Assembly: GCF_001194135.2 (NCBI RefSeq)
Contig: NC_068999.1
Location: forward strand, 13,373,837 to 13,437,836
Direction: 5' to 3'
Length of the DNA: 64,000 bases
Source of the DNA: Octopus bimaculoides
Lineage: Eukaryota
The notes beneath the pieces are model-generated. The model worked only from the letters and a program-made list of their open reading frames with translations, was not told the DNA's origin and did not search any database. Positions 49,968 through 64,000 of this stretch are shown here, in pieces (within the stretch, counting starts at the first letter, position 1; every line of letters begins with the position of its first letter). Made by a program: the position numbers and the translations under genes.

Positions 49968-52900
49968 AACATATAAATATTGACATACACAAAGACATAT
50001 ATAAATATATAATATGAGCCACTGCTTTTCTTCTATCGTATGTATGTATGTGCCTGTGTAGATGTAGATGTACGTTCCTTGTGGACAAAGCATTGGGGAA
50101 TAACATACTCATTCCCTGAAAGTCACACCATTTGAGGTTTGCTATTATGTCACTTCTGCTTTATGGAACCCACCGGTTATAATATGCACCATAAGGAAGT
50201 GCCGTGCTGTTTTAATGCTAACAATAGATGGATTAATTAGGATGTGAGAGTCTATAACCTCGAGCTATCTCCAAGAATGTTTATCTGAATATACGAGTTC
50301 AGACACTTGTATAACAAGAGTTGACACAAAATTCGAGTTCACATGACATTTGTATATATATGCGGTTTTGTATGTTTGTGTGTGATATGTTAGTATATGT
50401 GTTTTGTATTTGCTTATGAATATGAGTAATTCGTTACTACCAGTGGTGTGGCCAGAGATTAATTAGTTTCTCCATATTGTTGCAGGTTCCTTAAGAAAGA
50501 AATCGTCGACTTCATATTCATTAACCATAAACTCTTTCAATAAGGCCAGAAGAATATACAAGTACTAGCACTTTCTGGTGGTATATAATCCATGTAGTCA
50601 TACTTGAAGTTATCTCTGGCCAATTGGTTGCTTCACTGCAGATCTCATAACGATGCAGTCCAGAAACAAAATATGAACAGAAATCAGACATCGAATACAA
50701 AACAAAAACAAAGATAATGAAATGTGAGAGAATGGAATTCATTATTTGTTAACCGATATATTTCACAAAATTAACTGCATGATTACATATCTGTATTTAT
50801 ATAAACTCATTCAACTAAGAGTAAACACCTGGAAAACGTTTTACTCAGTCGATCTTAAATTATAAGCTACTCTTTTCGTAGGTCTTCTGTTCTATGTCAG
50901 TTTCCAGTTTGACGTTTAGTTTTTTAGATTATATATATTTATACTTCGAAGTTCAAATTTGTTACTGATGTTCTCAGATTTTATGTAGTAATTATCATAC
51001 CTATTAATTGCTTACACCTATGATATAACATGGGATGAACATTTCTTAGAGAATCGATTTAAATACAGAAGAACAAAAACAAGCAGAATCCTACATTTCA
51101 GTTTTAGTACATAAGAGCAATGAAAGAAACGATAAACATTTTAATAAAAAATGAATGGAAGGAAAAAAGGAAAATATTAGAGTACACTGTAAGAAAGAGA
51201 TTTGAAAAAAGTCTGTAACAACAAGCGCACTAATACAAGCATCTTAAATAGTTAGTACTATATACTATAGCAATATCATAGGTAATCGTGTCTGTACTGT
51301 GATACAAACAATCCAAAAGAATTGTTGGATTTACCAATATTCCCAAATAAGAAATAATTGGGAGCATTTCATTGCAAGAGAAATAAGCAAAAATAACTCA
51401 TTTAGGGTTTTTCAAGTGTCACCGATGCAGCTGTAATTAAAATTATTATTACACGAAATTTCATGAAAAAGAACAAGTACAAGGCAAACAAATGCAAACG
51501 GGGAGTGATATGTTACAAGAAACATAATGTCTTCAAAATTAGTAGTGAATTACAAATGGAATATTAAACTTCTTCGGTTGGAACCTATTGTAAATGTACG
51601 AGGAATAACATTTCAAGCGAACGTGAATGTGGTTAATCCAGGAAGAGAGAAGAAATGTAATGATTTACAACTCATTTGGACGAACATTCTGAAATTATCT
51701 CTCGAACACATTCGGAAATTATCACCGCGAAAATCATAGCGGTGATACCAGCAATATAATTGGCACTTTATTCAATGTACATTGGTGGGTGTGATGCGTT
51801 ACATCCTATGGCAAAGTTAGTGTTTGCTTCACATTAAACCTAAAATTCATTATTCTTCTATCTGAGAGTATTTGGTTATCACTTTTCATAAAGTAATTAC
51901 ATAGCATGCCAACTGAGACAAGTTTTTCATAGAGGTATAAATACTTTAATCTCCTGTGCAAGAGGAATTGAGATTGTTTAGCGAGTTTTATGTACATATT
52001 TGCTTAATATCTGCAGTCATATCAACAATAAACTTCTCAAACTTTCAACAGTTGCCAAAGTTTTATGAAGAATACATCATACTATCATTCCAATAATGTA
52101 GGAGGCATCTGGGAATTGTTACTTCTGTAAGTATCTGATGTTGCTCTATTTGAAACTTAGCAGGATGCAACAAAATGAAAACATAAAGTACAAAAGTGTT
52201 CGTGAAATTTTCTTAATTTTCTTAAGAGAATTTTAGAACGACACGATTTAACTGTTCTTGATCTCTATGAATATACACTTGTTATTCCCTTGCTAAATAA
52301 AATGATGGTGATCATAACTAGGTAGTCAATCTTTACAATGCCGCGAAATTCCAGAATGGAACACATGCGTTCGCACTAGCTTAAAAAAAAACTTTGCAAT
52401 ATAAATACCGAAACGAATACGTTTCAAAATTATATTATCGTTACATATAACAGATGATGGTTCAAGATATATACCACATGTTTTACTTTATTATTTCTTT
52501 CCTTTCCTCACAAGTACGTTTCTGCTATTGCAATTAGTATTGTCTTCCTTTGTGAAGTCACATTACTGTGCTCTTTAGGATAATGATATATAATTGAATG
52601 TAACTGCCATATATATTGGTGATAAATAATTTAGTTTGCACACTAATATCAGTGTTCAATAGAAAATAGTTTCTTAAATGGATTTAAAAAATACGTAATA
52701 TACACAGTTTAACAAATGTACACTGCAGATTCTCTTCGCGGAGTCGATATCTGCTATTTCAAATGTCCATACACATTCCTAACAATTCTGTTGTTACTCG
52801 TAAATGTTGAATACAATTATATGAAAATACTGGTATATTGGGTATATAAGTCTTACTAAAAGATACCGATGTACAAATTGTCACTATAGCTAGTAGTTTG

Positions 52901-53594
52901 CAACTATCATATGTTTATAATATGCCTTGTAATATATAGAGACGTACATGCATACATACATTCATATCCATGCATGCATGTATATATATATGTATGTAGG
53001 TATGCTTCTACGCATGCATGTATTTATTAATGTATGTATGTATATATATATATATATATATNNNNNNNNNNNNNNNNNNNNNNNNNNNNNNNNNNNNNNN
53101 NNNNNNNNNNNNNNNNNNNNNNNNNNNNNNNNNNNNNNNNNNNNNNNNNNNNNNNNNNNNNNNNNNNNNNNNNNNNNNNNNNNNNNNNNNNNNNNNNNNN
53201 NNNNNNNNNNNNNNNNNNNNNNNNNNNNNNNNNNNNNTATACATTCCGTTATCAGAATCCTTTAATGTACTTACATGTAGTTGGAAATACAGGTCGTCTA
53301 ATTTAGAACGATAATATGCAAGTGTTTTCTAAGCCAATTCACTACCTGTGAATATATTCTATATAAATGAGAGAAGCGATGCTTTCAGACCGTGTTACAT
53401 AATTTTTAAACAGTAAAAAAAAAAAGATATATGGAAATGTAGAAATTGAAAGTCAATAAATAAAATCGAAAGTCAATGAATAAAATGATTCCATGAATTT
53501 AGATTCATGGTTTCACGAAATCTATTAACTATGGCAAGTCATAAATTCATCAATTGTTATTCAGTAAAATAGGCGCCTTTTAATATTCCTCACT

Positions 53595-53880
53595 ATATGA
53601 GGTGTATTCCAGTAGTTTTGTGAGCTATTTCAGGGAAAGTTTCTATTCTTTTTAAATTGTATGCAAATCTAATATCGCTCCAAATTAGACCTCCTCATTG
53701 AAATACACATGTAGCGCTCTAGACCTTTCCTGAAAGTTCAATGGGAATTCTCCAAAGAGAGGTTTCCTAGGCCACCTGCTATAGCCTGTATCTAAATGTC
53801 TTGAAAACATCTGCACTAGAACAACTTCAGCTTGAAGAGCAAGCAAATATCACAGACTGCAATTTCTGAAATGTAGAGAG
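53595..53880 (-). mobile_element. Mariner 3' terminal fragment
   Basis: Minus strand: AVCDICLLFKLK..CRCFQDI*IQA..TFRKGLERYMCISMRRSNLE (APCDF.LFPKLK...CI...G.YFE). A TIR-like TATGAGGTGTATTCCAGTAGTTTTG lies at the left end. Confidence 0.6.
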
Positions 53881-55009
53881 TGTAAAACATTATTGATGAC
53901 CATTGCCCTAAAGTAGTTGGTTACTAGTATAGAATTGTGACAAGCAGTGTTCAGTAAATCTTAGATCGCACGGTTTACTTGGGTACGTCCGAAGTATTGT
54001 TACAGACGTTTCCTTCACTCTGAAATAATGAACGTTGTGAGTTCGTTTAGTAAACATAGACTATAAATATACTGAAATTACAATAACCTAAGACAACTAT
54101 AACTTCCTCCCCTAAGTAAACATTTAAAATAGCAAGAATACAAAACGTATTTATTATTTTGTATTTCTCATTCAGTGTAAAGAACCTGATACAAAAATGA
54201 AATAAGAAATAAAACAGTTAATACAGCGTTCTAACTAAAAACGTATTCCAGTCATTTTACGGTTATTAGCTACGGAATATGATGGCAATACATTTCGTGA
54301 TGAAGTACAAATATGTAAATAGATTGCAAGTATATGATATCATTGCTCTGAATTGGCCTATAAAAACGTTATAAAACTGGCCAACTAATATATTTCATGA
54401 ATCTCTTGGGTATAAATCTCTTTTAGCTATGATGTTACACAAACTATATCAATATTAAAGTCAGAAATTCAAATGAAATCCTACATATAAGGAACGTGAT
54501 TCATTGCATTCCATCAATAGTTTCATTGTTTCTCTCCATCTAACGTTTGCCTACCTATATTTATCACCTATTATCTCCAGTAATTTTCCTTCGTTAATTC
54601 CGATAGACCATATAATTTATAGCACGTTCTTTAAAAGCATTTAATAATATATTAAGGAATTTATGTGCATTAGAAATCAGGGCAGAATAATGCGGAGTGT
54701 AATTTTATAAAAATATATCATAAATATATACGCGCGAACACTTACAGGACATTAATATTCCTGTTTCGTATTGCATACAACAGTTCAATATATACAAGGG
54801 ATAATGTTAAACTAACGAGTAATGTAAACATATAATGCGTGTGCACGTTTGTACGCATATAAAATATATTCAATAGCAAACAACTTCCACACACACGCAC
54901 ACCCACATACACACACACATACACACACACGCACACCCACATACACACACACATACACACACACAAACGCATATGTATATATAAACATAAATGTATACAA
55001 TTATATATA

Positions 55010-55172
55010 GGAGTAGGATTGGCTGTGTGGTAAGTAGCTTGCTTAAAAACCCTATGGTTCAACGTTCAGTCGCTGCGTGACACCTTGGGCAAGTGTCTTC
55101 AACTATATCCTCGGGCCGACCAAAACCTTGTGAGTAGATTTGGTAGATGCAAACTGAAAGACGCCCGTCGTA
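55010..55172 (+). mobile_element. SINE family A 5' half, running into (TA)n and a gap
   Basis: TGGCTGTGTGGTAAGTAGCTTGC..CACCTTGGGCAAGTGTCTTC..CGGGCCGACCAAAACCTTGTGAGT..AAACTGAAAGACGCCCGTCGT. Confidence 0.88.
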
Positions 55173-58100
55173 TTGATATATATATATATATATATANNNN
55201 NNNNNNNNNNNNNNNNNNNNNNNNNNNNNNNNNNNNNNNNNNNNNNNNNNNNNNNNNNNNNNNNNNNNNNNNNNNNNNNNNNNNNNNNNNNNNNNNNNNN
55301 NNNNNNNNNNNNNNNNNNNNNNNNNNNNNNNNNNNNNNNNNNNNNNNNNNNNNNNNNNNNNNNNNNNNNNNNNNNNNNNNNNNNNNNNNNNNNNNNNNNN
55401 NNNNNNNNNNNNNNNNNNNNNNNNNNNNNNNNNNNNNNNNNNNNNNNNNNNNNNNNNNNNNNNNNNNNNNNNNNNNNNNNNNNNNNNNNNNNNNNNNNNN
55501 NNNNNNNNNNNNNNNNNNNNNNNNNNNNNNNNNNNNNNNNNNNNNNNNNNNNNNNNNNNNNNNNNNNNNNNNNNNNNNNNNNNNNNNNNNNNNNNNNNNN
55601 NNNNNNNNNNNNNNNNNNNNNNNNNNNNNNNNNNNNNNNNNNNNNNNNNNNNNNNNNNNNNNNNNNNNNNNNNNNNNNNNNNNNNNNNNNNNNNNNNNNN
55701 NNNNNNNNNNNNNNNNNNNNNNNNNNNNNNNNNNNNNNNNNNNNNNNNNNNNNATACATACCTACCTGCATTAAGATAAGATATTCTTCGAAGGTTAACA
55801 TCCGAATTATACCATATGTCATTATTAAAGAAGATTTATCTATTATATATTTTTCTTGTAAACTATAATGTATCTTATCAAGAATATATTACTCTTATTA
55901 TTTGCTCCGAGCATAACGAGGTCTTATGCAGATGCATAGCGCCACCAGTCATCGTACGGTGATAGGAAAAACATAATTCAGCTCGTAGTGTCCCCTACCT
56001 AGTGTCTGTAACCGATGAGGAGATAACTACTCAGAAATGCTAGTATCTCACAATCTAGACTGATGGCGCTGCGAGCTGCGTCTATGTTTATACACCATTT
56101 GTTGACTAGCGTGGCATATTCTCTGTGACACAACTCAATGAACATCTTTTTCCTCTGTCCGAACGTGTATCACGCTTATTCTGATCCATAACATTTAAAT
56201 GTCGCTCTTCACTGTTTAGCGCCCCCATTCGTAATGTATCAATAAACTAGAATTTAGGCATCCGTAAAAAGCACGAAACTTTTCCCGGATGTAACATACT
56301 AGTTCCTACCATATGTTATATCAATTAAAAAATGAGTGATACTCCACTTCATTACGCTCATTTTATTCTGCGTCTCAACTTCTTATTCCTAAATGTTTAT
56401 CTATTCAGATTTCAGAAGGTATACACACGCTTATGTAAATGCAAATCATCAACAAAATTAATTATCAATCACGCATGTCATTGAATATATGAGAGAAGAT
56501 TCATAGAGCATTCTCATTTAAATTTCTCTCAATATGTAAATATGCATGTCGGAGCGAGCAGGCAGAGTACTGAAAATTACAGATCGGCATTTCGTTGGTT
56601 TTTCCGCTTTCAGTTTAAACGTCGTCGTGGTTGGTATGGAATTACCTAATTTTCCGTGTCCATAAAATACATAGCGGCTGTGCACTGGGTTCAATTTAAT
56701 CCACTTACTCCCTCTCTCAAAATTATAAGCCGAATTATAAGCCGTCTGTGAAAATGTTATCTTGTAAAATATGTTTAAATTTGTATTAGAGGGAAACAAT
56801 ACTTTATGAAGTACTTTTCAAGAAGGGTACGTACTTCATAATTGGTTAGTAAGGCTGGAAACATAATGTTTGTACAAAGAAATGTAAAAAAAATGTTATT
56901 CAAAGTATTATATGTGCCACACATTTCGTGAATAGTACTGATGCCTATATCATTTATCATTTATACGATTGTGGCTTGTTTATTCGTAATTTGGTGTGAG
57001 TTTTGTTTTGATAATTTGCCCGTAAGTAAATTTGTTAGATTACATAGAATAGAAAGATAATATATGCGATGGAAGTACTGCCATGAATATCGTAAACGGC
57101 AGCGCTTTGTTACTTTTTTCTGTGAAGGAAAACAGAATAAGGAAAACTCAAATAAGAATTGCAATAGATTATCATGAACACCAACGGCACGAAATTAAAT
57201 ATAAAAAAGGAATTGAAGATATCGAACAAACAAGAATACTTCAGAGAAATGCAGAATCAAAAGAATATCGTAAAAGCGCATATAAGAAAATGATAGCCTT
57301 ATATTATTTCCAAAGACTTCAAACAAGAGAAAATATTTCCTCTTTAAATTTAGGAAGGAAAAGAAAATTAATGAAGATTATTTTGAATTTTTTCTTCGTA
57401 AGGTTCATACGGCTCCCTCTTTCCATATATATGCCTGCAACCTCAATTTTTATATGGTTTGCGTTTCAGTTACTTTTCTTTATTTATTTATATATTGAAA
57501 AATTATTTGTCTTTTTTTTGTTTCGTTTGTTTGTTTTCTGTTTGATAGTAAATACTATTTCTCTCGGTTGTAGAAACATTTATGGAAGCTATGATAATTT
57601 AACGGTGGTTGTTCACTCCTTTTTTTTTTTTTTATTAAACTTTGAGTAGAAACGACAAACACAATTTCGGCAGCAAAAATTCCGATGCAAAATAAGCCAA
57701 TGGAATACATCCCACTTTTCAAGCCTTGAACTTCTTAATATCACGCATATTGAATGTCTAAAAGAATGTCTTAAAAATATATATCTCATACATTATAGTT
57801 ATGGAGGTTTCTTGATTTCCATAACGTGTGTATAACGCTTAAACATCATCTACATAGAGAAGACGCATACGAAATGTTCCAGAAGTAATATCTTTGGCAT
57901 GCATAGTTCAATATGAATATTATGTGAAATATCACAGAAAAACCACTGGACATAAATGAGCCATTTGCTTATAACTTATACATGATATGCCTTCAATATA
58001 GTTGTAAGAATAGTGAATACTGCTGGCACTATCTAAACATATAGAAATGTGAATTAGACAATTATTATTCGTTTTGTTGTCCGCAATGGTTTTTGTAATC

Positions 58101-59293
58101 TAATTTGTATGATAAAACGATAATAGTCTTGATATTATAACGGTTCCAACTCAAGTACATGATTTTTTTTGAATTTTTACATAATTCTTCATCCACCTGA
58201 AACATTAAAAGGACTTTTTAATGAATTTGATACAATAAACATTACCACTGTCTTTCTTACATTTTTTTTTTTCTTTCGAAAAAAATTATTAATTTGTATT
58301 CCTGGATATTTTCCTCCATTTTTATCTTCAAATCAGTGTTTTTCTTTGCTTGCTTTGATCATCATATGTGCTTCGATGACAAATTGACTTTTATAATCCT
58401 ACCCGAAATAGGATAATAAATGTATTACACCTTGTCTATCACGATCATCCTTTTTATTATCATATCCACTATTATGACGATCCTTGTTTAATTCTGTCAT
58501 ATATCGCGTATGTATCTAGTTGTATTTCTCAATAAGTAAGTTGTGCATCGATTTGTTTTACTATAACTTATAGGATTTTGTTTCAAAACTGTATAAATGT
58601 AATTGCTCTTTAAACAATTTATATACTTTTTAAACACTTTTAAAAACAAAAGACAACTCCCTTCACATTACTTGCTTCACATTGTGCTCTCTGAACCCCT
58701 TGAGTTCTGTATTCGTTCATTGATGTCTATATTTGCTTCCGCGTCTTACATGCGAATTACAACACAACACACTTCTATATTTCCTAAACATTACAGCACT
58801 TGTTGAAGAGATTATTCCTTGTATTTGGAAATTATAACCATTTGCATTCACGAAATTAAATTTCTGTCTCGTTAAATTTTCTGAAAATTATGTATTGTTT
58901 TTCAAGCAAAATCATTCATTTACCATATACAAACTATTCCAAGGTATTTCTTCTACAAGCCTCTACGTTACTCATTACGCCAATGTTTTACGTTTGATAG
59001 CACGACATATTCCTTCCCCCCACCACTACTTCGATGTAATGGACACTATTCTTTTAAGATTCCAATTCCATCTCGTTTCAAGGTAATGGAACGTTGCTGC
59101 TGATGTATCGATTTACTGTGCCAAGAGCGATTAGTATCAAATATTTTTGACCATACACCATAAGCTCATCCAATGTTCTGACACGAACACTAGATTTGAT
59201 ATGTGTTTGCTTCATGAGTAATACATTCGACTGGTTACCTCAACATTCCTTCCTATCTAATTATCTGTATCTGGCTGTCTGCCTGTCTATCTG

Positions 59294-59324
<31 letters not shown>

Positions 59325-60664
59325 ATCTATCTATCTCTCTCTCTCTCTCATGCTCAGATAATTCCGGTACTTAGAAACATTGTATACACTAATTATATTG
59401 TTTCTAGAATTTTTGTTTGGCTTGTGTTTTAATCAGTGAATTCTCTACCTCTGTGATCGTGTCAGTTGATTAGCTGTTGATAAAAACCCCAGGTGTCCGT
59501 CCGTACAATATCATAAGAAACGAGCATCCTACTCTGCATCACAGGTACAAAATTTATCTGTGAGTTTTTAGGAATGACAAGTGTCCTGCGACACTTGAGA
59601 CATTTTGTGTGTGGGGAGGTCATTGGATCCTATAAGGTTATAGTCTCCAATCAAAGTTCGCGACATTTATGTGCCCAGAATTTAATGCAGTAGTATTCTC
59701 AACATGTGGTTTCCGTCGATATCTTCTTAAGACACCTACATTAGTAGATGACTAATATAGACAAGCGTTACTTCTGTTTCCACAAACTTGACAGTGTATA
59801 ATCTTATATTTTATATTCTGGACGAATCCTGCACATTCCTAAAACAGTGCCGCATGTGGTCATATGTGTTACGCCAATCAACCTAGAAAGTGAGGTCCCC
59901 ACTCATCATTTAGCTTTGGTTGTAACATATATATTGTAGTAGAAAGTGTTTCTAGTGACAGAGACTAAGCATAATTCTTTCATTCTCGAACCTCGATGGC
60001 ATGATTCGGAAGAAGAATAATATTCTTCATTGCTATATATGGTTACTGGGAATTTCATCGATTTCTAAGCTACTTCATATTGACAGTTTTTGATGGGTGA
60101 CAAAGCAACCGAACGTTATTCGTCTTCACATTCAATACATTATTGTTGAGCACTCATGAATCGTAATGAAGTCATTTATTTGGTTGCACTATATCTATAT
60201 TATCCTTTGTGCATATCTTATGAGAAGAAAATGTATTTTTCTGCTTGGATTTTTGTCGCAAAAATTCGTTTGTTGAAAGCTTTGGGTTCTGTTTTTGTAT
60301 ACTGTCTGTGGGGCGTATATTACCTCATTCACGACTGTGTATGCAACTCGGAAATGAGAAAAGACACAAACTGATGCAAAAGAAAAGCAAACCTTCCTCT
60401 GTTTATTTCAGTAAGAAACAAACACGACAGGTTTAGAATTTTTTTTTCTAGCAAAGTAATACATAATTTTAAGAGAAAAAAAGTCATTCACAGACTTTTG
60501 TTAAATTCAAAGCTTTTGGAACTCGAAAAGAAACATGTCTCGTTTATTCGATAAACAGCAATAACTAAAACAAGGACAAAAGCAGAAGCAACATCGGCAA
60601 CATAAAAACAAAAAAAAGTAGAGCAGAAGCTGCAGGAACAGCAAAATAAATAACAACAATAATA

Positions 60665-60779
60665 ATAAAAGAAGAAGAGGGAGAAGAAGAAGAAGAAAAA
60701 GAAGAAGAAGAAGAAGAAGAAGAAGAAGAAAAAGAAGAAGAAGAAGAAGAAGAAGAAGAAGAAGAAGAAGAAGAAGAAG

Positions 60780-60812
<33 letters not shown>

Positions 60813-60940
60813 CAGGAATATATGAATGAATGTAATAAAGAGTGAATGATTGAATGAAAGAATGAATGAATGAATGAATGAATAAATGAAAGAATGAGTG
60901 AATGAATGAATGAGTGAATGAAGTGTACAAAAGAATGAAT
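60665..60940. repeat. (GAA)n followed by (TGAA)n microsatellites
   Basis: Direct reading. Explains the poly-F and poly-S ORFs. Confidence 0.95.
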
Positions 60941-60954
60941 GACAACACTAAATG

Positions 60955-61260
60955 CAGGAAGATCAGATATCATTATGGAGGACAAAACAAAGGAAATAGT
61001 TCAGATCATACACTTTGCTGGTCCTTTTATTAGCGGATTTGATATCAAAATTCTTGAAAAATCTTAGAAATATCAGAATGAAGCGAGGAAGCTAGATCTT
61101 GATATTATTCATGTGGTCGAAGGTGCAAATGGTAGAACAACAAAAATGATAGCAAAGAGACGGAAATGAATCGGAATTAATACACAAGTGGTCGATTTGC
61201 AGAAAAGTAGCATCGTATATTCTGTGAGAATCCAGAGATGACATTTCTATCATGTCTATG
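60955..61260 (+). mobile_element. R4/Dong-type RLE LINE 3' fragment (third copy), degenerate
   Basis: RSDIIMEDKTKEIVQIIHFAGPF..KILEKS*KYQNE..DIIHVVEGANG..IGINTQVVDLQKSSIVYSVRIQR. Confidence 0.7.
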
Positions 61261-61304
61261 TGAATGTACTATCTGAATGAAAATAAGATGATGAAGACAT
61301 GGTG

Positions 61305-61327
61305 AAGACATGATGATGATGTTGATA

Positions 61328-61359
<32 letters not shown>

Positions 61360-61520
61360 AAGAAGAAGAAGGAGGAGGAGGAGAAGAAGAAGAAGAAGAA
61401 GCAGAAGAAGAAGAAGAAGAAGACGAAGAAGAAGAAGAAGAAGAAGAAGAAGAAGAAGAAGAAGAAGAAGAAGAAGAAGAAGAAGAAGAAGAAGAAGAAG
61501 AAGAAGAAGATGATGATGAT
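61305..61520. repeat. (GAT)n-(GAA)n-(GAT)n microsatellite
   Basis: Direct reading. Confidence 0.95.
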
Positions 61521-62033
61521 TAGCACCCAGACAATGCAAACCTCTGCCAAAGCAACACAAAAAAATTAATTTTTGATTGTTACAGATACATCGTCACACT
61601 CTACTTGAAATTAACACACACATATAAATAAATATTCAAATGAGCTTTCTATTGGTGTACGATACTATCAGATTGCAAATATTATTCTAAACTTTAACCT
61701 ATTGAGGCTGAACATTATTTAGGGTGTTTATTAATAAAATAATGATTATCAAAGGAAGATTAATTATTTAATTAATTACACTGTAATTATTTTATTGATT
61801 AGTATAGGATTTAGACAACAAAGTATATTTAAACATATATATAAAAGCATAAGAGCAGTAACACTGACATATCGATATATCAGCGCTATACGTCATCATA
61901 TTTCAAATAATGTGTACACTATTACAAAAGCTAATAAAATAAATAGATAATTTACTTTAAGATAAGGTGTGAAAATTAGATTTAATTTTGATATAATCTT
62001 GGCTAGAAATAAGTCGTCATCAGCCTGTATTTG

Positions 62034-62034
62034 G

Positions 62035-62117
<83 letters not shown>
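62034..62117. repeat. (ATA)n microsatellite
   Basis: Direct reading. Confidence 0.97.
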
Positions 62118-64000
62118 CGCCTCCATCATTTTCATCATTGTTATTATCACCATCACCATTATTATCATCGATTTCTCCGGATGTGTTTACGTTGGCTTAT
62201 ATTTTGTTTGGGAAAATTATTTACCATAAATCCGTTGCTTAGTATAGCGTTAAGTACTCCAAGTTAACTTCACTGAAAGTGAGCCCCCGCATTGTGCCCT
62301 AAGTTTTCATTTATCTAACGTCTGTCATTTTTTTGTGCTTAGTGAAGGCAAACTTTTTCAAGATGGTATCACGTCTCTTTCAGCTTCATTAGAAAGTGAC
62401 GATTGGACAATAACGACAACAACAACCACAAATACAACTACAACGACATCATCACCAAAAACGCAAGCCAAAACCGTAGTCCCTACATGGAAGTGGCCGG
62501 AGAACGCTAATTCCAAAATTCTAACAAAGGAGATTAGCAGGAGCGAGGGCTCCTCGATGATTCTTGATTAAAAATCATGACCTGAAACGGGAGATGATCG
62601 TCATTTGCTGATTAAACACTCGCACTATGTCTTTATCTTTATTTTAGCTTTATCATTATTATCTTTAGCCCTACTTCGCCACATTATTTCATCACAGTTA
62701 CTGTGACGTCTTCAAAGAATATCTTCCCATTTGTTTTCTCCTGTTATGCCTATTCCCTTAGTCATTTAATAACAAGAGTTGCATTATTATAACTAGATTC
62801 CGAATAGGTACTGAAAGAACGGTGTACAACATGGAATTGTGGGCGGCAATCGATTCTACTTGAACGCCAACTGTCGCTGGTCCTGACGTAAGTCTATTGC
62901 CGTCCCGTATTATATTGCTACGAAATAAAACGGCATCTATTATGTAGTGAAAAAAGCAACTTTTCGCACGCATTTAAAATCGAAAACCTCCTTAAGTAAC
63001 AGCTATACTGACATTTCTTCTCTATATAGTTTCTCTAGAGCCGCGAAATCAGAGAAATGGGAGCGCATATCGCCTGGCATAATTAAAATACCATGTAAAA
63101 TTGGCATCAAGTGCACTGGACAAGGATAGATGACACGTTAATATTTATGAATTTAATATATTTTATTTCTCGTAATGAATAACTGCATGTGCGTAAGGCA
63201 GGAAATTGTTTGTGATTTTTATGCCAATTTGTAAAAGGATTTAATTAGCCTTTGTAATAAAAAAAAGAAATCGGTTATCGAACAATTTCCATGACATGTA
63301 ACATCGACAACGGTACACATGGCCAAAAATGCACAAACAAACCTAAAGATGGAAAACCAAAAAATATGAATTGAGGAAAATGATAGAAATAAAAATTCGC
63401 AAAATGTAAATGAATACATAATAATGGACATTCATAAATACATAATTAATTCAACGGATAACAAAATGTAAGCTTTCGAAAGGATAAAAGAATTTGACGA
63501 TATATTTACTGGGAATATTGTACAAATATATAGATGGATGATATGTGATAATAGACACAAGTGTGGCATGCACAATAATAAAAGAAAAAACGGCAATGTA
63601 AAAATACAGAGGAGATAGGCAGAGAAAACTGGGGTGGTGGACATATACGTGATGATTGCTGGTGAATAGAAATATATCAATCAATTCTGCACTAGATGAC
63701 ATACGATATAATTTATTTTGATTATTTTCATATGGAATTACCCATTAAGAGAATATCTCCAATTTCATAGATGACATTAAAGGGTAGATATGAGTACACT
63801 TCAAATCAATATTGCAACGATTCGATTACTGAAATGTATATATACATACATACACATGCGCATGTATGTATGTATGTGCGTGTGCATACGTTTAGACACA
63901 TGGGTGTTCTTGATTATATAGGTATATTATTATACCTATATTTTTGCACACACCCACACACACAGACACACACGAGATACGTTTATATATATATATATAT

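Larger units (their letters stand above)
338..55753. other. 14 assembly gaps (N runs) within this span
   Basis: 338-358, 3797-3932, 5200-5297, 6143-6431, 7596-7785, 14140-14904, 20919-21127, 26089-26963, 27654-27954, 34802-35053, 37061-37141, 39168-39508, 53062-53237, 55197-55753. Confidence 0.99.

Noticed and set aside
51720-51747. 9-bp perfect hairpin TATCACCGC/GCGGTGATA (Helitron 3' hairpin?)
   Set aside because: There is no CTRR terminus at the expected distance on either strand.
56709-56745. Minus-strand 37-nt candidate exon containing a 12-bp tandem duplication
   Set aside because: No supporting neighbouring exon or homology.
57083-57649. 188-aa gap-free ORF
   Set aside because: An A-rich half followed by a T-rich half produces a K/R/E-rich then F/L-rich composition. 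There is no recognisable domain, and such ORFs are expected in skewed sequence.
58947-59083. Open frame ending in a strong donor (CAAG/GTAATG)
   Set aside because: The acceptor is weak and the peptide is unrecognised.
8-62267. Long ORFs made of poly-L/I/F/S/R/N, alternating YI/HT/CV, or X runs
   Set aside because: They are translations of microsatellites and N-gaps, not genes.
62820-62890. IVGG peptide suggesting a serine protease N-terminus
   Set aside because: It is flanked by stops and lacks the downstream P W / CGG motifs.

Overview
AT-rich eukaryotic genomic DNA from a gapped draft assembly: 14 N-gaps, most flanked by (TA)n, (CA)n or (CT)n. The microsatellite load, TTAGGG repeats and SINE families suggest a mollusc, probably a cephalopod (Octopus-like); this is inference. 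I recognise no host protein-coding gene, and most ORFs in the track are translations of microsatellites or gaps. The window is largely decayed transposable elements: four mariner remnants, a Tc1 remnant, a rosa/maT-like remnant, an internally deleted Ty3/Gypsy element, three R4/Dong-type RLE LINE fragments, CR1 and RTE fragments, two Penelope GIY-YIG fragments and about 11 copies of two tRNA-headed SINE families. Four structures stand out. (1) A 116-bp-arm fold-back at 18.7-19.0 kb carrying minimal hammerhead ribozyme motifs on both strands. (2) A multi-hairpin element at 13.8-14.1 kb with a decayed hammerhead at the apex of a rod. (3) A 595-bp MITE with a perfect 8-bp TSD and a central palindrome of telomeric repeats. 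(4) A ~570-bp inverted duplication at 6.4-10.2 kb. Translations, alignments and folds were done by eye, and TE boundaries are approximate unless stated.
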